Positions 10,318 to 20,031 are shown, numbered from the stretch's first letter. The stretch is 64,000 bases of DNA from an uncultured Planctomycetia bacterium (GCA_964489445.1 CAZAYU010000007.1:37579-101578), one strand, 5' to 3'. The notes: generated by a model from the letters alone, not told the origin. Numbers and translations: made by a program.

Positions 10318-12923
10318 TGTTCTCCTTTTTTTAAAGTTGTTTTCTCCTTCTTAAAAACAATTGTCTTACCCTTGGCTCCAATAACAACTACATCTCCTTC
10401 TTTAAACTCACTAGAGATTATCGATTTGCTTAAAGGGTCGACTAACAATTTCTTAATTACTCGTTTTAGCGGACGCGCACCATATTCCGGACTGAATCCT
10501 TTTTCAGCAATCAACTTTTTTACATCAGGAGTTAATTTTACCACAATATTTTTTTCCTTCAATCTTTCTTCGATAATACGAATTTGGATATCCACTATGT
10601 CTGTAGTATTACCCAAGCTTAGTGTGTTAAATATAATGGTTTCGTCTAGCCGATTTAGAAATTCCGGATGAAAATATTTTTTTAGTTCCTGCTTAAGATT
10701 TTTTTCTAAAACTTGTTTACTTACCCCAGGGTTATTATAGCAGTCGCTTCCAATATTTGAGGTCATAATAATCAAGGTATTTTTAAAATTCACAATTCTT
10801 CCCTGGGAATCAGTGAGATGTCCTTCATCAAATACTTGAAGCAAGATATTAAACACATCAGGATGTGCTTTTTCAATTTCATCAAGTAGAATAACAGAAT
10901 AAGGCTGACGTCTTACTTTTTCAGTTAATTGCCCTCCTTCATCGTATCCAACATACCCGGGAGGAGCTCCGATTAACCGAGATACTGAAAATTTTTCCAT
11001 GTACTCACTCATATCTATACGAATCAAATTTTTCTCACTATTAAATAAAAATTCAGCCAATGCTTTAGCCAGCTCTGTTTTTCCTACACCAGTAGGCCCC
11101 AGGAATAAAAAAGTACCTAGTGGTTGATTAGGGTCAGACAAGCCAGAGCGAGCCCTGCGTACACAATCAGATATCAATCGCACTGCATCATTTTGCCCTA
11201 CTACCCGCTTTTCCAGCTCATCCTCCATGCGTAATAATTTTTTTACCTCTTCTTCCATTAACCGAGAGAGCGGAATCCCTGCCCACCGAGAAACAATCTG
11301 GGCAATGTCTTCCTCGTCTACTTCCTCTTTAAGCATTTGTCGGACAGACTGCAATTCTTCTAACTTTTTATTTAGTTCATTAAGTTCTTGAGTTAAGTGC
11401 GGTATTTTTCCGTAACGAATCTCAGCAACCTCGTTTAAACGCGCTTCTTTTTCAAGCGTAACGCTTTCAGCCTTAAAACGTTCTATTTCTTCTTTATTTT
11501 TTCTTATTTTAGTTATCAAATCTTTTTCTTTCTGCCAATGTTCTTTTTGACTATCAAATTCTTTAGTTAAGTTTTTTATTTCATTATCGATTTTTTCTTG
11601 TTGATTTTTACTAAAGTCGTCCTTATCTTTTTTTAGAGCTTCTTTTTGAATTTGCAACTCCAATATTTTTCGTTCCAGCTTATCAATTTCTTCTGGCTTT
11701 GAGTCAATTTCGATTCGCAATCTGGAAGCAGCTTCATCAATTAAATCAATTGCTTTATCTGGCAGGAATCGTCCACTAATATATCTTGAAGATAGCACTG
11801 ACGCAGCAATAATTGCAGAATCCTTAATTCGAACTCCATGATGAATCTCATATTTTTCTTTCAATCCTCTTAATATCGCAATCGTTTGCTCAGTTGATGG
11901 CTCACCAACTAATATTTGCTGAAAGCGTCTTTCCAACGCAGCATCTTTTTCGATGTATTTACGATATTCGTCAAGAGTAGTTGCTCCAATGCAACGCAAC
12001 TCACCTTTAGCTAGCGCTGGTTTAAGCATATTTGCAGCATCAATTGCTCCTTCAGCACCTCCAGCTCCTACTAAAGTATGTAGCTCGTCAATAAACAATA
12101 TTACTCTTCCTTGTCTTGAGTCAATTTCTTTGAGAACTGCCTTTAATCGTTCCTCGAATTCTCCTCTGAATTTTGCTCCGGCAATTAAACTACCTAAATC
12201 TAAGGAAATTATTTTCTTATCCTTTAATCCTTCCGGAACATCACCAAAGGCAATTCTTCTGGCTAAGCCTTCAACTATTGCTGTCTTTCCTACTCCTGGC
12301 TCACCAATTAATACTGGATTATTTTTAGTTCTCCGAGATAGGACTTGAATAACCCGACGAATTTCCTCATCTCTACCAATGACCGGATCAAGCTTTCCTT
12401 TATTAGCTAACTCTGTTAAATCTCGGGCATACTTTTCCAACGCTTGATAAGCATTTTCGGCAGATTGTGAGTCAGCTTTTTGGCTCCCTCGTAACTCTTT
12501 AGCAATTCTTAGAATATCTTCCGGAAAAATACCTTGTTTTTTTAGATAGTCATTAAAAAGACTTCCTCTTTCCCGAGCAATTGCCAACAATATATGCTCG
12601 GAGCTAATATATTCATCGCTAAGATCACTCTTGTACTTTGCCGCAGAATTCAAAACGCTATTTAATCTTCCCGAAGCATAGACATTCTTTTCTTCGGTAT
12701 ACACTTTTGGTAACGAGTTTAAATATTTTTTCAATATCTCTGTTAAACCTGACATATCAACTGCCAAGCGAATTAAAATTTCTCGGCAGATCCCCCCTGG
12801 ATCACCAATCAGTAAGGATAAAATGTGTTCTGGAATGATTTCCTGCTGCTGATTATCCTTTGCCAAATTAACTGCCGCAATCATTGCTTCTTGAGCTTTT
12901 AATGTAAGCTTATTTAAATCCAT
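10308..12923 (-). CDS. clpB: ATP-dependent chaperone ClpB
   Basis: Two AAA+ modules are present ([15 protein letters not shown] and [15 protein letters not shown]), separated by a long middle coiled-coil domain; the protein is 871 aa. Confidence 0.95.
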   Translation of the reverse strand: MDLNKLTLKAQEAMIAAVNLAKDNQQQEIIPEHILSLLIGDPGGICREILIRLAVDMSGLTEILKKYLNSLPKVYTEEKNVYASGRLNSVLNSAAKYKSDLSDEYISSEHILLAIARERGSLFNDYLKKQGIFPEDILRIAKELRGSQKADSQSAENAYQALEKYARDLTELANKGKLDPVIGRDEEIRRVIQVLSRRTKNNPVLIGEPGVGKTAIVEGLARRIAFGDVPEGLKDKKIISLDLGSLIAGAKFRGEFEERLKAVLKEIDSRQGRVILFIDELHTLVGAGGAEGAIDAANMLKPALAKGELRCIGATTLDEYRKYIEKDAALERRFQQILVGEPSTEQTIAILRGLKEKYEIHHGVRIKDSAIIAASVLSSRYISGRFLPDKAIDLIDEAASRLRIEIDSKPEEIDKLERKILELQIQKEALKKDKDDFSKNQQEKIDNEIKNLTKEFDSQKEHWQKEKDLITKIRKNKEEIERFKAESVTLEKEARLNEVAEIRYGKIPHLTQELNELNKKLEELQSVRQMLKEEVDEEDIAQIVSRWAGIPLSRLMEEEVKKLLRMEDELEKRVVGQNDAVRLISDCVRRARSGLSDPNQPLGTFLFLGPTGVGKTELAKALAEFLFNSEKNLIRIDMSEYMEKFSVSRLIGAPPGYVGYDEGGQLTEKVRRQPYSVILLDEIEKAHPDVFNILLQVFDEGHLTDSQGRIVNFKNTLIIMTSNIGSDCYNNPGVSKQVLEKNLKQELKKYFHPEFLNRLDETIIFNTLSLGNTTDIVDIQIRIIEERLKEKNIVVKLTPDVKKLIAEKGFSPEYGARPLKRVIKKLLVDPLSKSIISSEFKEGDVVVIGAKGKTIVFKKEKTTLKKGEQCV

Positions 12924-13000
12924 AATCCTCCATATTATTTGTATACTTGGTTAGAACATTTAACACACACAAACGTGGCTGGGAAATGCTAAATCTGCAT

Positions 13001-13296
13001 TTATTCGCAATCAATTGAAATATTTTTACTCTTTTCCGGTTCCTTTTTTGACAAGGTCACCCGAAGAAGCCCATTTTTGTACTTTGCGCCAACTTTATCT
13101 TCTTTGATTTCCAAAGGAAGGTTAATTTTTCGATAAAAACTTCCTCGGAACCGTTCACAACAATAGTATTTTTGTTTATCTCTTCTTTTTCTGTTTCTCT
13201 TTTTGCAGACACAACTAATGCTTTTCCTTTTATTTTAACACTAATATTTTTTTGGTCAAATCCGGGAAAATCGCTTATTTCCTGATTCTGGAGAAT
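13001..13296 (-). pseudogene. Hsp20/alpha-crystallin family small heat-shock gene remnant (frameshifted, no start codon)
   Basis: On the minus strand one frame reads DFPGFDQKNISVKIKGKALVVSAKRETEKEE, and a second, +1-shifted frame reads KQKYYCCERFRGSFYRKINLPLEIKEDKVGAKYKNGLLRVTLSKKEPEK*. Joined together these make a canonical ACD core and C-terminus. The switch between frames falls in an A5 homopolymer, and the first frame has a TGA stop 8 codons upstream with no ATG. Confidence 0.5.
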
Positions 13297-13346
13297 TCAC
13301 TGCTTTGCTTATTGCATCTTACAGCGTGTTTAAAAAAATGCAGTAA

Positions 13347-13373
13347 TTAGCACTCCCAAGCCAAGAGTGCTAA
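13347..13373 (-). promoter_or_regulatory. Perfect CIRCE element
   Basis: TTAGCACTC-ccaagccaa-GAGTGCTAA is an exact consensus inverted repeat with a 9-nt spacer. It lies just downstream of the MerR-like gene stop and upstream of the Hsp20 remnant and clpB. Confidence 0.85.
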
Positions 13374-13391
13374 TTAAAACCCAAAAAAAAT

Positions 13392-13670
13392 CTACTCCTG
13401 GTTCATTTCTACTATCACTTTAACCCCTTTAATATTTACTCCTCGTTCTTCAATGAGATACTGAACGTATTTTAATCTTTTTATTTCTCGCTGCGAAAAC
13501 AGCTTTTTGCGCTTTTTAGTTTTTTTCTGCTGGATAATCCCCTCTTTGACTATCTCATGTAACGTATGGTATTGCATATGTAATAAATCACAAACAATAT
13601 TCATTGGGAATAATGGTTCATCCCTAGGAATCTCAATCTCGAATTGCTCTTCAATGTCCTCCCACTTCAT
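13392..13670 (-). CDS. MerR-family heat-shock regulator, HspR/CbpM-like (92 aa)
   Basis: It has a MerR-type HTH (FPMNIVCDLLHMQYHTLHEIVKEGII) followed by a short coiled coil (REIKRLKYVQYLIEERGV), and it is positioned directly upstream of the CIRCE-Hsp20-clpB region. Confidence 0.55.
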   Translation of the reverse strand: MKWEDIEEQFEIEIPRDEPLFPMNIVCDLLHMQYHTLHEIVKEGIIQQKKTKKRKKLFSQREIKRLKYVQYLIEERGVNIKGVKVIVEMNQE

Positions 13671-13679
13671 AACAATCTA

Positions 13680-13708
13680 AATATACACTATTTATTAAAA
13701 ATTGTCAA
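13680..13708 (-). promoter_or_regulatory. Sigma-A promoter of the MerR-like gene; the -10 ends 9 nt from the ATG, implying a leaderless or near-leaderless transcript
   Basis: On the minus strand it reads TTGACA-N17-TATATT, followed by tagattgtt and then the ATG. Confidence 0.5.
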
Positions 13709-13816
13709 CATTTATCTTAATATTTTTTTAACTTTTTATTAAAATTTCTTAAGATTTATATCAAATAGCTATACTTTTATAAGTAGTTGGTTGTTAACGT
13801 TTTAAGGCTGGTGGCG

Positions 13817-15085
13817 TTAAATCTTTTTAATTTTTAGGCCTATTTTTTCTAAATAAGCTAAATTTTCTTTTTCAAGTCTCAGCCGATATATGGTTTCATT
13901 ATTCTCGTAGGATTTTTTTAAGATTTCACAATGCTCATGAAAATAGCTGGCAATTTTCATTTTGCTGAATGGTAGGTAAACTAAAGCCTCTATACTTCCT
14001 TCGGAAAGACACTGGTAGATTTTTTGTTTTAACTCTTCAATTCCAGTTTCCTTAAGGGCTGAGATAAAAATTGATTGAGGATAACGATTCTTTAAAAGGG
14101 ATAGTTGTTCGTCAGGTGTACAATCTATTTTGTTAAATACAACAATTATTTTTTTCCCACCTAACTTTAGTTCCTTTAGTATTTCGTCAACCACCCTTTT
14201 GAACTCAAAAATATCCTTTCCGGAAGCATCGACTACATGAATTAATACATCTGAATAATGCAGCTCCTCCAGCGTTGCCTTAAATGCCTCAATTAAATAC
14301 GGAGGCAGTCGATAGATAAATCCAACAGTATCCGAGATAACCACCTTAAAATTTTGATGGATACTAAAGCTTCTACTTACAGTGTCCAATGTTGTAAACA
14401 GCGAATGCGCTTCTTTTTGGCTATCGCTAGTTAAAACATTAAACAACGTTGTTTTACCAGCGCTAGTGTATCCCACTAGTGAACAAGAGTTTACCTCGCT
14501 TTTTTCCCGTTTTTTCCGCATTACTTCTCGGCGCTGGATAATCAGCTTCAGCTCCTTTTTAAGATGGGTTATTCGTTCGTCAATTCTGCGCCGATCAACT
14601 TCAATTTTCTTTTCTCCCGGCCCTCTTGTTCCTATTCCTCCACCTAATCGGGAAAGCATTATTCCTTTTCCCCTTAACCGTGGAAGAAGGTATTTCAACT
14701 GAGCTAATTCAACCTGTAATATTCCTTCCTGCGTATGCGCATGCCGAGCAAAAATATCCAGGATTAACTGTGTACGATCCAGTGTCTTTATGTTTATCTT
14801 GTCCTCTAGATTTCTCTGTTGGTTAGAATTTAAGTTGCTATTAAAAATCACGGTATTTACTTTTAATTCTTTTGCTAACTCGGATATCTCTTCAACCTTT
14901 CCTTTTCCGATATAAAACCGGGGATTTGGCGTTGCTAAATTAAAAACATGGGTTTCGATAATACTTATCCCTGAGGATGACGCTAGTGCCTTAAATTCCA
15001 AAGCCAGTGCTTCCTGGCTCCATGATTCTCTTTTCTCTTTAATTACAATTAATAGTGCTTTTTCTTTTTTATCAGTTTCGTGCAT
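13817..15085 (-). CDS. hflX: GTPase HflX
   Basis: It has the HflX N-terminal domain plus G-domain motifs (VGYTSAGKTTLFNVLT, DTVGF, NKID). Confidence 0.85.
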   Translation of the reverse strand: MHETDKKEKALLIVIKEKRESWSQEALALEFKALASSSGISIIETHVFNLATPNPRFYIGKGKVEEISELAKELKVNTVIFNSNLNSNQQRNLEDKINIKTLDRTQLILDIFARHAHTQEGILQVELAQLKYLLPRLRGKGIMLSRLGGGIGTRGPGEKKIEVDRRRIDERITHLKKELKLIIQRREVMRKKREKSEVNSCSLVGYTSAGKTTLFNVLTSDSQKEAHSLFTTLDTVSRSFSIHQNFKVVISDTVGFIYRLPPYLIEAFKATLEELHYSDVLIHVVDASGKDIFEFKRVVDEILKELKLGGKKIIVVFNKIDCTPDEQLSLLKNRYPQSIFISALKETGIEELKQKIYQCLSEGSIEALVYLPFSKMKIASYFHEHCEILKKSYENNETIYRLRLEKENLAYLEKIGLKIKKI

Positions 15086-15090
15086 TTTTT

Positions 15091-16002
15091 TTACCTTTTT
15101 TTATTTAAAATATCCTGTGCAATTTCCGGAACAGTTTTGTTGTCAACATCAACCCAATTAATGTGCTGATTACGATTAAACCAGGTAAGCTGGCGTTTAG
15201 CAAAATTACGAGTATTTTGTTTTAGTTGTTCTTTAGCCTGAGCACTGGTTATTTCATTGTCTAAAAATTTTTTAATTTCCGACACCCCGATTATCTTTTC
15301 GGCAGTTAAGCTTAAGTTCAACTTAAGTAGTTTTTTTACTTCCTCAACCGCACCTTGGACAAACATCTTGTCCGTTCTTTGATTGATCCGCGTATACAAC
15401 AACTCTCTCTGTACCCTTAATCCAAACATCTCCACCGGAATCTCGTCGTAAAGCCCGTTAATTGTTTTTTTGCTCTCTGAAAACGGTTTTCCAGTTACAG
15501 AATAGATTTCTAAAGCACGGATGATCCGCTTTAAATCATTTGCGGATATTTTTTGTGCAGCATCTGGGTCAACAGACTTTAACTCATCAAAAAGGTGTTG
15601 TTTTCCATACTTTTCTGCTTTTTCTCTAAGCTGTTTCCGTAAACTTTTATTTTCTCCTGGTAATTCAGATATCCCTTCTAAAAGTACACGAATATATAAT
15701 GCGCTTCCACCGCAAATAATTACCGGAATATTTTGTTTATGCAACGCAATTACTGTTTTCTTGGCTTTTGTAAAGTATTCAAATATATCATAAGCAGCCT
15801 CTACTGAAATTATGTCTACAAAATGATGGTTTATTTTTTGCAATGCTAAAGATGAAGGTTTAGATGTGATAATTCTTGGTTCTTTATAGACTAGCATTGA
15901 GTCAGCAGAGACAATTTCCGCATTTAGTTTTTCCGCAAGGTATAGCGCTAAATCAGTTTTTCCACTGGCTGTTGGGCCAGTAATTACAATTACTTGTGCC
16001 AT
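15091..16002 (-). CDS. miaA: tRNA dimethylallyltransferase
   Basis: It has the P-loop ITGPTASGKTDLAL and the IPT-family architecture, at 303 aa. Confidence 0.9.
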   Translation of the reverse strand: MAQVIVITGPTASGKTDLALYLAEKLNAEIVSADSMLVYKEPRIITSKPSSLALQKINHHFVDIISVEAAYDIFEYFTKAKKTVIALHKQNIPVIICGGSALYIRVLLEGISELPGENKSLRKQLREKAEKYGKQHLFDELKSVDPDAAQKISANDLKRIIRALEIYSVTGKPFSESKKTINGLYDEIPVEMFGLRVQRELLYTRINQRTDKMFVQGAVEEVKKLLKLNLSLTAEKIIGVSEIKKFLDNEITSAQAKEQLKQNTRNFAKRQLTWFNRNQHINWVDVDNKTVPEIAQDILNKKR

Positions 16003-16151
16003 TATATTATTAGTTAGTTAAGTAGGTTAATGTGTAAACGCGTTAACACGTATATGTGTAAAAAATATAAGAAGTGTTCTAATTTTTTTTCGCGTCTATA
16101 CTTCTTTCTGTCTACGCATTCACTTCTCAACCTCAACCTTAACCTCTCTCC

Positions 16152-16892
16152 TTACGGGTATATTTTTGCTGGATACCCAGATTCTAATAGGCATCGAGCA
16201 ACATTTTCTGTTTGTTTACGTTGTTTAAACTTACCCACTCTTACTTTATAGATTGGATACTGTCCATCTCTGTCTTCGGTTATATACGTTTGATATTTAG
16301 ATTCTAGTTGTTTTTTTAAAGAAAGAGCGTTGTTTTTTTCGCTAAACGCACCTACTTGGATAGCAAAGTAATTTCCCCATTCTCCTAACATCTGGGCAAA
16401 TCCCACCTCTGGACTTTTTGGGTAGCGACTTTTTATAAGATTTACGTATTTATCCTTCTCTTCCCAATCTCCCTTGCGACTGGCAATTTGTGCTAAGCGC
16501 AAGCAAGCAACTGGCCGGGCATCTTTAAAGCGCGCTTCTCGAAGGATTTGTTTGTACATTCGTTTTGCATCATGGTATTTTTTTTCTAAAAAATAAGTAT
16601 CGGCTAGCTTTGCAAACCCTTTTTCATAGACATCAGAATAGGGAAATCTTTGCAGCAGTCTATTTAAATAATGTCGAGCTTTAGAATAGTTACCGGTTTT
16701 AACATAGGCGAGACCTAAAAAATACAGGTTTTCCGCATCTTCTCTTAGCTTTTGTGCTTTATTGATGGCTGAATCATAATTACCACGCAAATAATCCTCT
16801 TGAGCCTCTACGAGGGAGTAAGCCATTGCGTTTAAGGGATAGAAATAAAATAATAAAGAAACAATATAAAAAATAAAGATTTGCTTCAACAT
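16152..16892 (-). CDS. TPR-repeat protein with a C-terminal SPOR (peptidoglycan-binding) domain
   Basis: After an N-terminal signal/TM segment there are TPR-like repeats (YFLGLAYVKTGNYSKARHYLNRLLQ), then a C-terminal SPOR-like region FAIQVGAFSEKNNALSLKKQLESK...YKVRVGKF. Confidence 0.6.
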   Translation of the reverse strand: MLKQIFIFYIVSLLFYFYPLNAMAYSLVEAQEDYLRGNYDSAINKAQKLREDAENLYFLGLAYVKTGNYSKARHYLNRLLQRFPYSDVYEKGFAKLADTYFLEKKYHDAKRMYKQILREARFKDARPVACLRLAQIASRKGDWEEKDKYVNLIKSRYPKSPEVGFAQMLGEWGNYFAIQVGAFSEKNNALSLKKQLESKYQTYITEDRDGQYPIYKVRVGKFKQRKQTENVARCLLESGYPAKIYP

Positions 16893-18085
16893 ACCTTCCC
16901 ACTTTCAGCTTTTGCTGAATTTCTTTTTTCTAATGATATTTTCTTCTGTAAATGCAGTAATTCCTTATGTCGTCTTTTTTTTATATCCATTGAAACAGTA
17001 TCTTCTGAATTCTCACATTCAGTCTTTGGCCGCGGTGAATATTTAAAAATATACGCGTTCTTAAACTTAACCAGTTTTAAAATATCTTGAGTCTTTTTAA
17101 AATCTGATTCCGTTTCTCCGGGAAACCCGATAATAACATCAGTACTCAATGTTCCTTTAACTATTCGCTTATAATCTTTGACAATCCTCAAGTACTTTTC
17201 TTGCGTGTAATCACGTTTCATTTTCTTTAATATCTTATCTGAACCTGATTGAAATGGCAAATGAAGATGTTTTTTAAATTTATCAGAACTTGCCATCATT
17301 TTAAATAAGGCAATTGAAGTATTCTTCGGATTATTGCTGATAAAATCAATCTCTTCTACTTTTTCTATGCTGACAACCATCTGTAGCAAATCTACAAAAT
17401 TAATTTCTCCTTTACCCCTTAAGCCACAATCCTTATCTCTGACAGAATAATCATTAACATTCTGCCCAAGGAGAGTTATTTTTTTAATTCCCAGATTAAC
17501 ATTACGCTTTACTTCGTTGATTATATCTTTCGGGGCACGTAAGCGCAATGCGCCTCGGACATAAGGGACTATGCAGTAAGCACAATAGTTCGAACATCCA
17601 GTAGAGATTACCACTTGCGCGTGGTCTTTATTTTCTCTAAAATCAGCTTCGTAAAATTTTTCACTTCGTGCCTGATTGCTTAGCTCCACAATTTGAATAT
17701 TCTCCCGTTTTATTTTTTCGACAAAGCCAACAATCTTGTTAACACAGCTTGGCCCACAAATTAAGCTAACATGGGGCATCTTTTTGAATATTTCTTCACC
17801 CCGATTTTTTGCCATACATCCAATCAAACCAATCACTTTTAATTTTGCTCCTCGTGTTCTTCGACGTTCGTAGAGCTTCTTAAACGAACCTAAAAAAGAT
17901 ATCGCCCGTTGTTCGGCATGCTCGCGTACCGAACAAGCATTTATGAGAATTACATCAGCATCTTCTGGACAATCTACCGCAGAATACCCCGCATTTAGAA
18001 ACAATCCAAGTAATGCTTCTGAATCCCGCACATTCATTTGGCAGCCGAAAGTCCTTATGAATATTTTCTTTGTATCTTCTTTCAT
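16886..18085 (-). CDS. MiaB-family radical-SAM methylthiotransferase lacking the C-terminal TRAM domain
   Basis: The MTTase N-domain (FIRTFGCQMN) and the radical-SAM motif CSNYCAYC are present, along with the conserved FKYSPRPKT. The protein ends about 40 aa after that, where the TRAM domain normally begins. Confidence 0.8.
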   Translation of the reverse strand: MKEDTKKIFIRTFGCQMNVRDSEALLGLFLNAGYSAVDCPEDADVILINACSVREHAEQRAISFLGSFKKLYERRRTRGAKLKVIGLIGCMAKNRGEEIFKKMPHVSLICGPSCVNKIVGFVEKIKRENIQIVELSNQARSEKFYEADFRENKDHAQVVISTGCSNYCAYCIVPYVRGALRLRAPKDIINEVKRNVNLGIKKITLLGQNVNDYSVRDKDCGLRGKGEINFVDLLQMVVSIEKVEEIDFISNNPKNTSIALFKMMASSDKFKKHLHLPFQSGSDKILKKMKRDYTQEKYLRIVKDYKRIVKGTLSTDVIIGFPGETESDFKKTQDILKLVKFKNAYIFKYSPRPKTECENSEDTVSMDIKKRRHKELLHLQKKISLEKRNSAKAESGKVC

Positions 18086-18183
18086 ATTAACACCTTACAA
18101 AATCACGTTCAAGTGTATAAAACTGTCTAAGCAGATGACTGAGCGTGACGCTCACTTTAGATAACTCTATGTTCATCAATACG

Positions 18184-18606
18184 TTAAGTGCATTTTCGCG
18201 ATTTCGTAAAACCATCGATTTCTAGCGTGTTTTTCCTTTCAATTAATCGCTCTATGTCTAAAACTGTAAAAACAGGATATCCTTTAAAATCCCTTTTTGG
18301 TTTCACCCATTTCTTTTTAATCCAATAATAAATTGTCTGCCGATGAACTTTTAATATTCTTGCTGTCTGAGTTAAATTATATTTCTTATTTGATCTGCGC
18401 TTAATCTTCTGGAATCTCTTTTTATGACTCTCCTCTATTTGCTCATCAAGGCGTTGTTCTTTTTCTCGCCTCTCTTCGAGCAGTTGTCCTAAACACTTTC
18501 TGTCTGCTTCAAATAAAATCTCAAACACTGCTTCATATCTTTGCTGCTCTTCGCTCCCATGCGGATAAACTTTTACAACTTTATTCTTTTCATTACGTAT
18601 AACCAA
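18184..18606 (-). CDS. Excisionase/AlpA-like (HTH_17-type) DNA-binding protein
   Basis: The C-terminal HTH (LTQTARILKVHRQTIYYWIKKKWVKPKRDFKGYPVFTVLDIERLI) resembles Xis/MerR-type excisionases, and the gene sits at the edge of the accessory TA island. Confidence 0.5.
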   Translation of the reverse strand: MVIRNEKNKVVKVYPHGSEEQQRYEAVFEILFEADRKCLGQLLEERREKEQRLDEQIEESHKKRFQKIKRRSNKKYNLTQTARILKVHRQTIYYWIKKKWVKPKRDFKGYPVFTVLDIERLIERKNTLEIDGFTKSRKCT

Positions 18607-18737
18607 GTCCTTTTTTAAAACCGTTCATTAGACACCTCCTGTTATCCAATCACTTATTCATTAATTCCTGTCTAGCCATTAGCATGCCTACTTCTACATA
18701 ATCTCGTTACATCAATGAATGCATATGGTCAAAATAA

Positions 18738-18770
18738 AAACCTAGGCACCTTTAAGGCGTCTAGGTTAGC
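18738..18770 (-). terminator. Candidate intrinsic terminator downstream of the HEPN/MNT operon
   Basis: On the minus strand a CCTAGacgccttaaaggtgCCTAGG stem is followed by TTTTTATTTTG. Confidence 0.35.
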
Positions 18771-18785
18771 ACATATTGCGCCTCT

Positions 18786-19181
18786 TTAAATTCCCGCTTT
18801 TTTAAAAGTGCTCTTGACAAATTCGAGATACTCAAGACTATCCTTCTCTCCTACAAAAATTCCACCATCATAAAGATTAACATTGCGTTCCTGTCTCATC
18901 TTATTGCCTAGCACAACAATATCTTCATTCTTGAGCAGCTGGCTCAGTTTCTCCAAAATCTTAATATGATGACCGGCTGTACTTCTTACTTTATAGCCTT
19001 TTTGAGCAATCAACATGATACCCAGCTTGATCAAAGCATCATAGCTGAATTTAAAAATAACATCCGGTATGTCAGTGCTTTCAGCTATCCTAAGATCATG
19101 TTGGGCGGACATTAAAAACTGGTCAATTTGTTTTTCTTTAAATGACAGTTTTTGAAAGTGTTGACTCTCAAAATTTATCAT
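18786..19181 (-). CDS. HEPN-domain toxin of a HEPN/MNT toxin-antitoxin pair
   Basis: The Rx4-6H HEPN motif is present (KVRSTAGHHIKILEK), the protein is 131 aa, and it overlaps the upstream MNT gene by 4 bp (ATGA). Confidence 0.7.
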   Translation of the reverse strand: MINFESQHFQKLSFKEKQIDQFLMSAQHDLRIAESTDIPDVIFKFSYDALIKLGIMLIAQKGYKVRSTAGHHIKILEKLSQLLKNEDIVVLGNKMRQERNVNLYDGGIFVGEKDSLEYLEFVKSTFKKAGI

Positions 19182-19723
19182 AACAGCCTTATAGTTTTAG
19201 ATTTAAGAACACCACTTATGAAAGGATCTTTATTTTTTTTCTTTTTCTCAAATTCCTTTAGGCTTAGATTTATTACATTAAACTCCCGGCCTGTATCTTT
19301 CTGCAATTTAACGATGGCTCTCTGCAGCTCCAAAACAGAATGCTTGCCAATGGCCAAAAGATCGATATCGCTTGAAGAATCCATCTTATTGCTTGCATAT
19401 GAACCGAATAGGTACGCTTCCTTAAGCCCTTTGACATTGTCGGTCACATCTTTAAGTCTTTTTTCTATACCATAGGTTCTTAAGAAAATCTGGCGGTAAT
19501 GTTCTAATACAGGATTATCTTTTGCAAGAAAAAAGTACCTTTGCTTCCCTCGAAATTCACTCTTTAAAAGACCTTCTTTTTCTAATTCTTTGAGTTTGGT
19601 CTCTGTATTTTTGGGATCGAGCTCTAAAATCCTTGCCAGCTCATTAATATAGGCTTGAGCCTCAGGATTAAGAAAATAGTAATCCAATAATTTTATTGTT
19701 ACTTTTGAACGTAGAGATATCAT
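19178..19723 (-). CDS. Minimal nucleotidyltransferase (MNT) antitoxin fused to an N-terminal winged-HTH domain
   Basis: The NTase motif is GSYASNKMDSSSDIDLLAI (GS...DxD), and there is an N-terminal ArsR-like wHTH (YINELARILELDPKNTETKLKELEKEGLL). I chose the start at 19723 (MISLRSK...) because it is preceded by GGTGA, whereas the ORF-track start at 19756 lies inside an operator-like palindrome and has no RBS. Confidence 0.65.
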   Translation of the reverse strand: MISLRSKVTIKLLDYYFLNPEAQAYINELARILELDPKNTETKLKELEKEGLLKSEFRGKQRYFFLAKDNPVLEHYRQIFLRTYGIEKRLKDVTDNVKGLKEAYLFGSYASNKMDSSSDIDLLAIGKHSVLELQRAIVKLQKDTGREFNVINLSLKEFEKKKKNKDPFISGVLKSKTIRLL

Positions 19724-19736
19724 TTTTTCACCATGG

Positions 19737-19774
19737 TTATGGTAATAAATTACCATAATGGTTTATTTTGTCAA
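19737..19774 (-). promoter_or_regulatory. Candidate MNT/HEPN promoter with a perfect 10-bp inverted-repeat operator
   Basis: TTATGGTAAT-aa-ATTACCATAA lies at 19737-19758, overlapping the -10 region, with TTGACA 17 nt upstream at 19769-19774 (read on the minus strand). Confidence 0.4.
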
Positions 19775-20031
19775 GTAAATTCAATTTTTGAACTTACGGG
19801 ATATTCTATTTAACTTCATCAGTCACAATCATTTATCATGTGCATAACCTTGAGTATCATCGTGCGGAACTTGCACATACGGTCAGCCAAAGGTACGGAT
19901 GTAGACTTGCCGACCAACCGGCAGGCTTTTGGAAGTTTTATCAGTTTTCATATTGAATTCATTCTATCACGAAGAGTTATGGTGGGCAACTGTTGAATGA
20001 AAAGAGACAAGATAGGGGTTTATCCTATCGT

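Noticed and set aside
18086-18183. GAGCG-tga-CGCTC hairpin between the HTH gene and the miaB-like gene
   Set aside because: It is a short stem with no U-tract on the relevant strand, so it is probably fortuitous
19866-19905. ECF-sigma-like GGAACTT box next to motif copy 1
   Set aside because: It is present in only one of the four copies, the spacing to any TCnAA/CGTC -10 is wrong, and it would drive antisense transcription
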